DNA of 64,000 nucleotides from an uncultured Candidatus Saccharibacteria bacterium. Lineage in GTDB: Bacteria > Patescibacteriota > Minisyncoccia > Phycocordibacterales > UBA918. This document shows, in pieces, positions 1 to 8,650 of the stretch. The notes beneath the pieces were generated by a model. That model made no database searches. It was not told the origin of the DNA and was given only the letters and a program-made list of their open reading frames with translations. A program made the translations under genes and the position numbers. Location of the stretch: assembly GCA_964350735.1 (NCBI GenBank), contig CAYGKO010000001.1, positions 115,339 through 179,338 on the forward strand. Reading direction: 5' to 3'. Position 1 is the stretch's first letter, and every line of letters starts with the position of its first letter.

Positions 1-70
1 CAATGGCGACACGAAGCCAATACTCTTTTACGACTGCCTTGCGAGCATCTGGTGGGATTAGATTAATCAT
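1..70 (-). CDS. PilN-like type IV pilus assembly protein, N-terminus only (runs off window)
   Basis: ATG at 70 reads MINLIPPDARKAVVKEYWLRVAI; INL(L/I)P is the PilN motif that binds PilM; directly downstream of pilM. Confidence 0.75.
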   Translation of the reverse strand, partial: MINLIPPDARKAVVKEYWLRVAI

Positions 71-72
71 AA

Positions 73-1167
73 TTAGATAAAAGAAGTGAGACCGAGACCA
101 ATAGCAGTAGCGTACCCAAATGAATGTCGTCGATCGATTGGTGGTACTTTTTCGCTAATATCAAAAGCATTCTGCCAGACCTGCGCTCGCTTTGACTCAA
201 TTCCAAGCGTCTCGGTAAAATAGCTGGGCAAACCCTTGAGGTTTGCACTCCCACCACAAAGCACAATCGACTGAACGGAACGATCATTGGAGCGATCCTG
301 AGTATTCCAATATTGGATCCGCAGCGCTACTTCATCTTTGATAGCTGACATTGTTGAAATGAGCGCATCATACGCAGCAGTGTCGCTTGCGCCCCGTACT
401 AAGCCTTGTGAGTTTTTTATTTTTGTCAGCTCTGATTCAGGTAAATCACCAAGCTGGCGACGAAGCGCAGTGGAAAGTCCCGCTCCCCCGATATCAATCG
501 TCGATGTATACATCAGTGTCCCCTGATGCATGATCCCTACCCCAGATCTTGTCTTCCCAAAATCAATAATGAGATGGGTTCCTGTATCATCTCTGGGAAG
601 CGAAGCGCGCGCAATCGCCTGTGCCTCTACTTCAAACGACATTGGGGTGAGACCAGCTGCGTGACACGCTTCGTAGTATCCCATGATTGTATCGCGGGAA
701 TACACCGTCACTGACACCAAGAGCATATCTGACTTCAGTGGACTGTCGATAATTTCATAATCAAAAAAAGCGTCCCGGGGTGAAAGTGGCACATTCTCTT
801 CTAAGCGAAATTCTAACAAGCCTCGAATCTCTTTGAAGGGAGTCCCTTTTTTAATTTCTGTTTCAAACAAATACGCGCGCTCTTCCGGTAGTGAAACTCG
901 TACGTTTGCAACCCCTGATTCTTTTTTCACTTGCTTAAGTGCATCCACGAGCTTAGGACCATCATGTACATTGCCCCGAGTAAGGGTTCCTTCTGGAATT
1001 TCAATATCACCCCACTTCGTTAAATTCAAATCATGTTTGCCGCTGTGATCACGTTCAAAAAAAACGTACTTCAGTGAAGTATCAGAAATATCTACCCCGA
1101 CACTCGGAAGTGTGAGATAGGTTGGAGGGGGGAAAAATTTACTAACCGCAGAAATAACAGACATCAC
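73..1167 (-). CDS. pilM: Type IV pilus assembly protein PilM (actin-like)
   Basis: VGVDISDTSLK, IIDFGKTRS, VLCGGSANLKGL, ATAIGLGL motifs. Confidence 0.9.
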   Translation of the reverse strand: MMSVISAVSKFFPPPTYLTLPSVGVDISDTSLKYVFFERDHSGKHDLNLTKWGDIEIPEGTLTRGNVHDGPKLVDALKQVKKESGVANVRVSLPEERAYLFETEIKKGTPFKEIRGLLEFRLEENVPLSPRDAFFDYEIIDSPLKSDMLLVSVTVYSRDTIMGYYEACHAAGLTPMSFEVEAQAIARASLPRDDTGTHLIIDFGKTRSGVGIMHQGTLMYTSTIDIGGAGLSTALRRQLGDLPESELTKIKNSQGLVRGASDTAAYDALISTMSAIKDEVALRIQYWNTQDRSNDRSVQSIVLCGGSANLKGLPSYFTETLGIESKRAQVWQNAFDISEKVPPIDRRHSFGYATAIGLGLTSFI

Positions 1168-1212
1168 TTTTATTATACGACACTAACGCTGATGATCTCT
1201 CCGCTACACACA

Positions 1213-1812
1213 CTAGGTCAATTGAAAAAAGATATAGGCAATTAAGATCACTAAGAAGACATACGCCATCTTAAGTAAGTGCTTGCGGAACATTGGCAAC
1301 GCGTGAGGACCAACTGCGTACGCAATATATCCAACTAATCCGAGCCTGATAATTCTGCCGAAAATAGAAGCAAAAATGAACGTCGCTAGATCTACCTGCA
1401 CCAAACCACTTGCAAGTGCTACAAGCTTATATGGGATTGGTGTAATCGCACCGATCAATACAAAAACAAATCCGTTGCTGTCTAAGCCGGCAGCAATTGA
1501 ATCAAATTGGGTGCGAAAATTAAAAAAATCTACAATCTTTTGTCCGATGACATCAAAAAATAAAGCTCCTAGAACATACGCAACAAGCCCACCAACAATG
1601 GATGTGCAAATTGCAATTACAGTGTAATGAATCCAACGTTCACGCTTGGCCAAAATCATAGCCACCAAAAATGGATCAATGAGAATAGGAGCAAAGACTG
1701 ACTCGGCAAATGCGATTCCGGCTAAAAACCAGCTCGCATATTTTGACCGAAGCCACTTAGCGCCGTGCTCACCAACTTTTTCGATATGTGCCTCTACGTG
1801 ATCTGATTGCAT
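1213..1812 (-). CDS. DedA/YqaA (VTT domain) membrane protein
   Basis: FAESVFAPILID, GAITPIPYK, GRIIR motifs; multiple TM helices. Confidence 0.85.
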   Translation of the reverse strand: MQSDHVEAHIEKVGEHGAKWLRSKYASWFLAGIAFAESVFAPILIDPFLVAMILAKRERWIHYTVIAICTSIVGGLVAYVLGALFFDVIGQKIVDFFNFRTQFDSIAAGLDSNGFVFVLIGAITPIPYKLVALASGLVQVDLATFIFASIFGRIIRLGLVGYIAYAVGPHALPMFRKHLLKMAYVFLVILIAYIFFQLT

Positions 1813-1814
1813 AC

Positions 1815-2150
1815 TTACGATACTCGCGTCCCTGCTGGGAGCGTATTATGTGGCACTAGTAGTGCAAAGATATCTTCATGATTAGATGCCAAAATCATTC
1901 CCTGACTTTCTAGACCCCGAATCACTCTTGGTTCTAGATTCAGCACAAACGGACACTGCTTCCCCACTAAAAACTCTGGGTCTTCAAAATATTCACGAAT
2001 TCCAGATACGATCTGTCGCGGCGCTGCTTCCCCCACTTCCACAGTGAGCTTGAGGAGCTTATCAGCATCTTCCACCACTTCGACAGCAATAATATTCCCA
2101 ATCGCAATATCAAGCGCAGCAAACTGTTCGTAATTAATTTCTGGTTTCAT
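1815..2150 (-). CDS. Standalone tRNA-binding OB-fold protein (Trbp111/MetRS C-terminal-like)
   Basis: ADKLLKLTV, RQIVSGI, NLEPRVIRGLESQGMIL; start trimmed to MKPEINY. Confidence 0.88.
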   Translation of the reverse strand: MKPEINYEQFAALDIAIGNIIAVEVVEDADKLLKLTVEVGEAAPRQIVSGIREYFEDPEFLVGKQCPFVLNLEPRVIRGLESQGMILASNHEDIFALLVPHNTLPAGTRVS

Positions 2151-2154
2151 GGAA

Positions 2155-2535
2155 TTATTTTTGACGACTGATAAAGCTATTAAGGATGATAGCAGCCGCT
2201 GCAGCATCTGTCTTCTCTGTTCGTCCCTGGAACCTAATTGCTTCTTGGGTGGTGTATTGTTCTGGCTCTAGGTGCACTGGGATACCAAGTTCGAGCGTCA
2301 GGTCAGTCACTAATTCCGTCACCGCAGCTTGGATCTCATTATGCTCACCCGCTCGATTCTTTGACTCTCCAATCACAATCACTTCTACGTTATGTTCTGA
2401 GATAATTTTTAGTAACAATTGGAAGAACTTCTCATCATTTTTATACACATCTTGTGGAAACGCCATCAGCCCCCTGTCATCAGACAGGGCAATGCCAATT
2501 CGTTTTTTTCCATAATCAATTCCGAGTAGCTTCAT
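2155..2535 (-). CDS. ruvX: Holliday junction resolvase-like / pre-16S nuclease YqgF
   Basis: LLGIDYGKKRIGIALSD, EQYTT, DAAAAAIIL. Confidence 0.92.
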   Translation of the reverse strand: MKLLGIDYGKKRIGIALSDDRGLMAFPQDVYKNDEKFFQLLLKIISEHNVEVIVIGESKNRAGEHNEIQAAVTELVTDLTLELGIPVHLEPEQYTTQEAIRFQGRTEKTDAAAAAIILNSFISRQK

Positions 2536-2597
2536 GATTTTAGTAGCTTACCACGCGCTTCTAAAAAAACGTATTTATGGTATTATCCGGCCACATT

Positions 2598-2669
2598 GCT
2601 CTCGTAGTTTAATGGATAAAACTCCGGTTTGCGGTACCGGTACTCCAGGTTCGACTCCTGGCGAGAGCA
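2598..2669 (+). tRNA. tRNA-Arg (anticodon GCG), CCA not encoded
   Basis: Acceptor GCTCTCG/CGAGAGC, anticodon arm CCGGT-TTGCGGT-ACCGG, T arm CCAGG-TTCGACT-CCTGG. Confidence 0.93.
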
Positions 2670-2874
2670 CGAGTACAAAAAAGCGCCCCTCTTGGGGCCT
2701 TTTTTGTTCGTGCTCTCGCAGAACTGTCTGGGAGACAGTTCGTCAGGAGTCGAAAAGGTTGCCTGCGATTTTGAAGTATGAAAAATCGTGACAACCTGTA
2801 CCGTTCATGTAATGAAAGATTTCCTGGCGAGAGCACAAATGAAAACAGCCCTTTGGGGCTGTTTTCATTTGTGC
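2670..2874. repeat. tRNA-linked structured module 1: terminator, split antisense copy of tRNA 3' half, scaffold, 15-bp direct repeat of tRNA 3' end, second terminator
   Basis: TCGTGCTCTCGC 2708-2719 and CAGGAGTCGAA 2744-2754 are reverse complements of the tRNA end; TCCTGGCGAGAGCAC at both 2656-2670 and 2822-2836. Confidence 0.85.
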
Positions 2875-2877
2875 GAA

Positions 2878-3348
2878 CTAGAATCCAAATATTTCCAGTA
2901 TTTTATTAACTACCGGTTCTTCTATATGTTCTTCAGGCAATCGCAGTTCGAGTATATCTTCAATCTCTTCGACATACTCTTCTGGTAGAGGCATGATAAT
3001 AAGCGGCCCAAATAGTTTTTGTGATCGAGCGAGTAAGTGTGGACCCAACTCATGATCTTCATCAATATAAAATGCTTCCAGTGCGCTGTATGGATACAGC
3101 TGGTCGTTCACCCGCAAGCCTCGAGTTGAGACAGCATAAGGTATCACTTGAGGTTCGCGGTTTGCTACCAGAGCAATTGCCCCTGCCCCAATAATTATCA
3201 AAATCGCTAGAAGAAAGTTACCAAAGAAAAACGCCGTTGCTGCGGCTGCAAACGCTAGAATACCAAGCACCCAAAACCAATCACTGTTTTTTTCAACGTG
3301 ATGATGTTCTAACGCTTCCCAAGTAACTGCACGAGCTGCTTCTACCAT
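2878..3348 (-). CDS. Hypothetical two-TM protein with soluble C-terminal domain
   Basis: Likely start MVEAARAVTWEALE; the upstream part of the track ORF is a tRNA-Ser shadow. Confidence 0.75.
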   Translation of the reverse strand: MVEAARAVTWEALEHHHVEKNSDWFWVLGILAFAAAATAFFFGNFLLAILIIIGAGAIALVANREPQVIPYAVSTRGLRVNDQLYPYSALEAFYIDEDHELGPHLLARSQKLFGPLIIMPLPEEYVEEIEDILELRLPEEHIEEPVVNKILEIFGF

Positions 3349-3424
3349 TGTCGCTATTGTATCACGGGCTTTGATGTACATTTGGGCTTGAATCTGGTAG
3401 TATCTCTGCCACAATTGAATATTT

Positions 3425-3509
3425 GGAGGGATGCCAGAGTGGTCGAATGGACTTGTCTTGAAAACAAGCGTGCGGCAACGTACCGAGGGTTCGAATCCCT
3501 CTCCCTCCG
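3425..3509 (+). tRNA. tRNA-Ser (anticodon TGA), long variable arm, CCA not encoded
   Basis: GGAGGGA/TCCCTCC acceptor, CTTGT-CTTGAAA-ACAAG anticodon arm, GAGGG-TTCGAAT-CCCTC T arm, discriminator G. Confidence 0.95.
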
Positions 3510-3723
3510 CAACTGCAAAATAGCGCCTTTTGGCGCTATTTTGTTTGTGGAGGGAGAGTAAAGCGTGGGACGCTTTACGTAGGGATTCGAAGCTGTTGCC
3601 AGATATTTTTGGAGGCACGGCCGAACAAAAATATCGACAACGGATACTGGTTGTGTAGCAACCGAAATTCCCTCTCCCTCCGAAAAAGTAAAAGTCGCGC
3701 CCATGGGCGCGGCTTTTACTTTT
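3510..3723. repeat. tRNA-linked structured module 2
   Basis: Antisense GGAGGGAGAG 3549-3558 plus AGGGATTCGAA 3581-3591; direct repeat TCCCTCTCCCTCCG at 3496-3509 and 3669-3682; flanking terminators. Confidence 0.85.
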
Positions 3724-3784
3724 GTAGATACTCAAGAAGCAAAAAACTCCCAGCGGGAGTTTTTTGTTATCTATATAACTAGAT

Positions 3785-4051
3785 CTAGTTCTTAGCTTTC
3801 ACAACAGCGGCTGCAATTCGAGACTTCTTTCGAGCAGCAGTGTTTTCTTTGATGATCCCACGCTTCGCTGCTTTGTCGATTGCTTTGTGTACGGTTGGCA
3901 TCATTTCTTCTGCCTCCTTGACGTCACCTTTAGTAATCAAATCTCGTACTTTCTTTACCACTTCGTTCATTGTTCGGTTACGTCGTACGTTAAATACACG
4001 CTTTCGTAGCGATGCTCGGTGGGCTTTTTGTGCTCCTTTAGTGATTGGCAT
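3785..4051 (-). CDS. rpsT: 30S ribosomal protein S20
   Basis: MPITKGAQKAHR...IDKAAKRGIIKENTAARKKSR. Confidence 0.96.
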   Translation of the reverse strand: MPITKGAQKAHRASLRKRVFNVRRNRTMNEVVKKVRDLITKGDVKEAEEMMPTVHKAIDKAAKRGIIKENTAARKKSRIAAAVVKAKN

Positions 4052-4143
4052 ATATATACTTCTATTTAAGTGCGCGTACTATACCGCACTCGCACAAAAA
4101 AGCAACTAGAGCGAGACGGACTTACTTTTGTTACAATACCCCC

Positions 4144-4734
4144 ATGATTCGACACCTCACCGGCCGCGTAATAGATGCCTCCCCTACCAGCGTAGTCTTA
4201 GACGTCGCTGGCGTTGGATACTTGGTCTACACTACTAATGCGGGGACCAACTTTGCTACCGACTGTGAGGTGCACTTATGGACATACCAGGCTGTACGTG
4301 AGACAGCGCTCGACCTGTACGGCTTTACCACGCGAGATGAACTCGAAATCTTTGAACTATTACTCACCCTGCCGAAAGTCGGACCAAAGTCAGCTGCTGG
4401 TATCCTCGCTCAAGCTGACATTGAGCTGCTGAAAAAAGCCGTCCTCGAGAATGACGCGACCTACTTATCAAAGATGTCAGGGATTGGGAAAAAGACAGCG
4501 GAGAAGATTGTATTGGAACTAAAAGATAAATTTGAAAACCTAGGCGGTGCTGACGCGAGCACGTATGGTGCCAACCAAAGCAGTGACAATGCCATCATGA
4601 GCGACACTATCGATGCGCTCGTCTCACTAGGGTACCCGCAAGCAGACGCGAGGCGCGTGGTGCAACAACTCCCACCCGAGATCGACAATGCTAATGACGC
4701 GGTTCGGGCTGCCCTCAAGGTATTGAGTAGTTAA
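4144..4734 (+). CDS. ruvA: Holliday junction branch migration protein RuvA
   Basis: LDVAGVGY, LYGF, VGPKSA, GIGKKTAEKIVLELKDK, ALVSLGY. Confidence 0.95.
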   Translation: MIRHLTGRVIDASPTSVVLDVAGVGYLVYTTNAGTNFATDCEVHLWTYQAVRETALDLYGFTTRDELEIFELLLTLPKVGPKSAAGILAQADIELLKKAVLENDATYLSKMSGIGKKTAEKIVLELKDKFENLGGADASTYGANQSSDNAIMSDTIDALVSLGYPQADARRVVQQLPPEIDNANDAVRAALKVLSS

Positions 4735-4799
4735 GACCTTTGTGGTGTATCGCCACAAATACTCCCCTCCCACGCGCTTTCTGCGTATACTACGTATAT

Positions 4800-6086
4800 A
4801 TGGAACACATGCTGTACTGGATCAAACGATTTCTACCGACCTCGCTTTTAAATAGTATCCGGCCGCTCTATCACTATTCTCTCGCTTGGCTGGGCGCCAC
4901 TATCTACCGCCACCCCTCAAAACACATTACCGTGCTCGCAGTAACTGGCACTAAAGGCAAGTCGACTGTTACCGAGCTGGTGACAAACATTCTTGAAGGT
5001 GACGGCAAATCAGTGGCATCGCTCTCTACGATTCAATTTAAAGTTGGCAACGACGTACGCCCAAATCTTTACAAAATGACCACCCCCGGGCGCTTCTTCG
5101 TGCAGTCATTCCTGCGTGAAGCCGTTGACGCCGGCTGTATTCACGCGGTCATCGAACTCACCTCAGAAGGTGCAAAACAGTTCCGTCACAAATTCCTGGA
5201 ACTTGATGCACTGATTTTTACCAACCTGACACCAGAACATATCGAGTCACACGGTTCGTTTGAAAACTACAAGAACGCCAAGTTACAAATCGCCAAACAG
5301 CTTGAAGCATCGGTGAAACAACCTCGCTTCATCGTCTCCAATACCGACGATGAACATGGCACGGACTTCTTAGCTGTCGACGTAGAAGAAAAAATCCCGT
5401 ACGGTTTAAAAGATCTTAAACTTTATACCCTGCACAAAGACGGGATCGGCCTCATTTTTACCGACGGCGAAGACGAACGAACTATCCGGGTTCCGCTCGT
5501 CGGACTCTTTAATGTCTACAACGCCCTAGCAGCTATCAAACTGACTCGAGCTCTCGGAGTGTCACTTAATTCTATCGAGAAGTCCTTGCGGTCATTACCC
5601 CCAGTCAAAGGTCGGGTGGAACATGTGTATAGCCCAAAGGAGGCCACCAAACAAGTGACCGCCATCGTCGACTACGCCCACACTCCCGACTCACTCGAAA
5701 AGCTCTACCAGGCCTTTAAAGACGTGCCTAAGATTGGTGTACTCGGTAACTGTGGTGGTGGCCGCGACAGCTGGAAGCGCCCGGAGATGGCTAGTATCGC
5801 CGAACGCTACTGTGACTACATCATTCTCACTAACGAAGATCCGTACGATGAAAATCCGCGGCAGATCGTCGAGCAAATGACTAAAGGAATTGAAAACAAA
5901 GAGAAATTTGAAATCATCATGGATCGGCGAGCAGCTATCGCCACCGCGATCAAGAAAGCTCCGTCCGGTGGCTACGTGCTCATTTCTGGTAAAGGAACTG
6001 ATCCGTACATCATGGGACCAAACAACACCAAAGAACCTTGGAGCGATGCTGAGGTAGCGGCTGAAGAATTAGCGAAGCTAACGTAA
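4800..6086 (+). CDS. murE: UDP-N-acetylmuramyl-tripeptide synthetase (MurE family)
   Basis: VTGTKGKST, FTNLTPEHIESH, VDYAHTPDSL, CGGGRD, ISGKG. Confidence 0.9.
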   Translation: MEHMLYWIKRFLPTSLLNSIRPLYHYSLAWLGATIYRHPSKHITVLAVTGTKGKSTVTELVTNILEGDGKSVASLSTIQFKVGNDVRPNLYKMTTPGRFFVQSFLREAVDAGCIHAVIELTSEGAKQFRHKFLELDALIFTNLTPEHIESHGSFENYKNAKLQIAKQLEASVKQPRFIVSNTDDEHGTDFLAVDVEEKIPYGLKDLKLYTLHKDGIGLIFTDGEDERTIRVPLVGLFNVYNALAAIKLTRALGVSLNSIEKSLRSLPPVKGRVEHVYSPKEATKQVTAIVDYAHTPDSLEKLYQAFKDVPKIGVLGNCGGGRDSWKRPEMASIAERYCDYIILTNEDPYDENPRQIVEQMTKGIENKEKFEIIMDRRAAIATAIKKAPSGGYVLISGKGTDPYIMGPNNTKEPWSDAEVAAEELAKLT

Positions 6087-6120
6087 CAAAAAACCTTTCG
6101 ATATATCGAAAGGTTTTTTG
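6087..6120. terminator. Bidirectional intrinsic terminator
   Basis: CAAAAAACCTTTCGAT-AT-ATCGAAAGGTTTTTTG between convergent genes. Confidence 0.8.
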
Positions 6121-6603
6121 TTACTTTTTGAACAACACTATCCCCGCGGTCACCGAGACATTCAGTGACTCCTTCATGCCAGCCATTGGTATCTCAAGTA
6201 TTTGATCACAGACTTTGATTATTGCTTCTGGTACTCCATCCACTTCATGCCCGAGCACATAGACCACTTTTTCTGGTACAAAAAAATCGTAGTATGAAAT
6301 TGACTCTTCTCCCTGCTCGATTGCGACCACCGTCCACCCGTCAGCCTGAAGCTCATTAATTAAGGCGAGAGTCTCGTCTAACGACTCGCTCGTCGCTTCT
6401 CCCACATGCTCCCAGAGAATACTCTCACTCGCCCCGAGCGACGTCTTCTTAATCTCAGCCACCTCCCGCCCAAAGCGATCAATCGGCAATGGCGTCGTAC
6501 CGACTAAGTACAAATGCTCCACCCCCGCCCCATCACTGGTCCGGAAAATCGACCCCACATTATGGGCACTCCTGATGTTGTATAAAATCGCTCGTTTTTG
6601 CAT
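6121..6603 (-). CDS. TrmH/SpoU family RNA methyltransferase
   Basis: NIRSAHNVGSIFRT, LGHEVDGV, IPMAGMKESLNVSV. Confidence 0.9.
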   Translation of the reverse strand: MQKRAILYNIRSAHNVGSIFRTSDGAGVEHLYLVGTTPLPIDRFGREVAEIKKTSLGASESILWEHVGEATSESLDETLALINELQADGWTVVAIEQGEESISYYDFFVPEKVVYVLGHEVDGVPEAIIKVCDQILEIPMAGMKESLNVSVTAGIVLFKK

Positions 6604-6644
6604 ATTTTTCTTAAATTTCTATTACAGAAATAGACGAAAAATCA

Positions 6645-7565
6645 CTAATTAAATTTATATTGATCAGCTCCTGTTTCAAAAATATTAATTAATGATGTTA
6701 CCGCCATATCACTAGCTGTACGATTAGCCTCATGAGTATTGAAGGCAGTATGATCGTTAGAATTCATCCAAATTTCTTTTGGTAAGTCATTAAATTTTTC
6801 AGCTGCTGGATAATCTTGGAATCCGCGAAGTCTACCCGTGTTCACCTCTTCGTATATTGCTTCCTGATCAAGGCCTCCAATAAAACCACAATCAATGATC
6901 AGTGAACCGTCTTTCACTTTAGCGAGTTCAGTTTTACCAATAAAACCAAGTCCAGCGGTTGAAGGAGCGTGAAGTGTCACTACATCTGAAGATTCTAAGA
7001 GTGTATCCATACTCACATATTCAGCATAATCAACTTTTTTATCATTTGGCCCGGTGTATAAAACTTTTTTAACTCCAAGACCACGACACATCTGAACAAC
7101 TTCCTTTCCAATTGCACCAAGTCCAATAACCCCAACCGACAGATCTTTGAGGGATTTTGTAGTTTGAAATGTTCGTTCTCCAGTACGTGTTAGCTCAGCG
7201 AGGTTTCTGGTCATTGCCATAATATTAGAGACTGTGTATTCAGCCACCGCGTAGGCGTTTGCTCCAGGAGTGCCTGTAATCGCAATACCTTTATCAGTTG
7301 CTACCTGGTGACCAGGAATAAAACTAAATGGATCAGCTCCGGTGAACGTAATTACCTTTAAATTCTCTCCAGCCTGGATCACTGCTTCAGTTACGGTTTC
7401 AATACCACCAATAATATAGGCGTCTTTATCTTTGATGGCCGCCATGAGTTCTTCCTCGCTTGCTTTTGGATTATCTAAACGCTCTACCTCAAAACCATGC
7501 TCTTGCAACTTGGCTACATGCTCATCAAAAATGAAGAGACTATCGGTAACTAACACTTTTTTCAT
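6645..7565 (-). CDS. D-2-hydroxyacid dehydrogenase (SerA-like, NAD-dependent)
   Basis: TPGANAYAVAE, GVIGLGAIG, SDVVTLHAP, HTAFNT. Confidence 0.85.
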   Translation of the reverse strand: MKKVLVTDSLFIFDEHVAKLQEHGFEVERLDNPKASEEELMAAIKDKDAYIIGGIETVTEAVIQAGENLKVITFTGADPFSFIPGHQVATDKGIAITGTPGANAYAVAEYTVSNIMAMTRNLAELTRTGERTFQTTKSLKDLSVGVIGLGAIGKEVVQMCRGLGVKKVLYTGPNDKKVDYAEYVSMDTLLESSDVVTLHAPSTAGLGFIGKTELAKVKDGSLIIDCGFIGGLDQEAIYEEVNTGRLRGFQDYPAAEKFNDLPKEIWMNSNDHTAFNTHEANRTASDMAVTSLINIFETGADQYKFN

Positions 7566-7568
7566 AAT

Positions 7569-8042
7569 TTATGAGCTCGGAATTACATCGTTACTATATC
7601 CCAACTTTTCAAATGGCCACACCTGCTTCAGCCAATTATCCAATTCTCGATAGAGAAGTTCATACTTTCCTTCATCATATGCCCTTTGGGTTACCCAAAA
7701 ACTAACATCCACATCTGCATCTTTTGATTTGTCGTTACGATAACCCGGTTCGTAAAGATAAAAACAACCAATGTATTCTGAACCATCACTTGCATATACA
7801 ACATAAGCGAATGAACTTCTGAATTCAAATTCTCGTTGATGCCACGCTAAATCAATCTGATCTTCTTCAAAGGTTAAAGACGAATCAGGCCAATCATATC
7901 CTCGAGTTTGGTTGATGATAGCAATGCTATTTATGACTGCTTCGTAATCATCTTTAACATCAGAAAAACAAAGTTTACGAAATAAAAAATTGTTCGTTTC
8001 ATGCCGTTCTGGCACTGTAAATGATTTTGGGATAAATTTCAT
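7569..8042 (-). CDS. GNAT-fold acetyltransferase
   Basis: DLAWHQREF, SFAYVV, YIGCFYL, VSFWV. Confidence 0.75.
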   Translation of the reverse strand: MKFIPKSFTVPERHETNNFLFRKLCFSDVKDDYEAVINSIAIINQTRGYDWPDSSLTFEEDQIDLAWHQREFEFRSSFAYVVYASDGSEYIGCFYLYEPGYRNDKSKDADVDVSFWVTQRAYDEGKYELLYRELDNWLKQVWPFEKLGYSNDVIPSS

Positions 8043-8128
8043 AACTCCAGTATACCGCATCTAAATTATCGACAAGGAAATTCATTATGGTATAGTTTCG
8101 GACACATTTGGGCATCGCCCAGTGACAT

Positions 8129-8201
8129 CCGCCCTTAGCTCAGTTGGTAGAGCAGCTCCCTTTTAAGGAGATGGTCCCAGGTTCGAGCCCTGGAGGGCGG
8201 A
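8129..8201 (+). tRNA. tRNA-Lys (anticodon TTT), CCA not encoded
   Basis: CCGCCCT/AGGGCGG acceptor, GCTC-AGTTGGTA-GAGC D arm, CTCC-CTTTTAA-GGAG, CCAGG-TTCGAGC-CCTGG. Confidence 0.93.
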
Positions 8202-8366
8202 CAAATGAAAAGACCGGCTTAGCCGGTCTTTTCATTTGTCCGCCCTCCAGGTGCAGGATTTGTGCATACAAATCCGTTGCATGGCTCGAAAAGCTTTTGT
8301 GGTATTTTAGGAACGTAGTGAACTAAAATATCCAAAAGGTATACTGTTCATGTAATGGAAGAGTCC
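8202..8366. repeat. tRNA-linked structured module 3 (lacks the final direct repeat)
   Basis: Antisense GTCCGCCCTCCAGG 8238-8251 plus GGCTCGAA 8283-8290; scaffold ATACTGTTCATGTAATGGAAGA nearly identical to module 1. Confidence 0.8.
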
Positions 8367-8424
8367 ACATTATTTTAAATAAAAAATGAGATTGTCCCAG
8401 TGGGGCAATCTCATCGTGTTCAAT

Positions 8425-8562
8425 TCAACGAGGACGTTGACAATTTGAACATGTCTTCTGGCCCTCGCTGTTACTGCTGAAAGTGCAGTGACTGCACCTC
8501 CAGCAACCCGAAGGTGGCGTTGGGTTTGTTTTAGGTTCGGATTTTTGACCAGATCCTGGCAT
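8425..8562 (-). CDS. 45-aa RanBP2/NZF-like zinc finger microprotein (not in ORF track)
   Basis: MPGSGQKSEPKTNPTPPSGCWRCSHCTFSSNSEGQKTCSNCQRPR; promoter TTGCTA-N17-TATAAT (8623-8595) and terminator ~8381-8414. Confidence 0.8.
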   Translation of the reverse strand: MPGSGQKSEPKTNPTPPSGCWRCSHCTFSSNSEGQKTCSNCQRPR

Positions 8563-8650
8563 AGAATTTCTTTCTTTGGAACAGGGAGAATAATATTATA
8601 ACATACAATTGCTTTTTTAGCAAGTATTACACTTATGCTACAGTACCCTC

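Noticed and set aside
2534-2988. Short ORFs over tRNA-Arg and its module; likewise 8144-8326
   Set aside because: They overlap tRNAs and palindromes and have no protein-like character
3349-3735. N-terminal extension of ORF 2878-3735 and ORF 3354-3704
   Set aside because: Antisense shadows of tRNA-Ser (AEGEGFEPS, RERDSNPR) and its module
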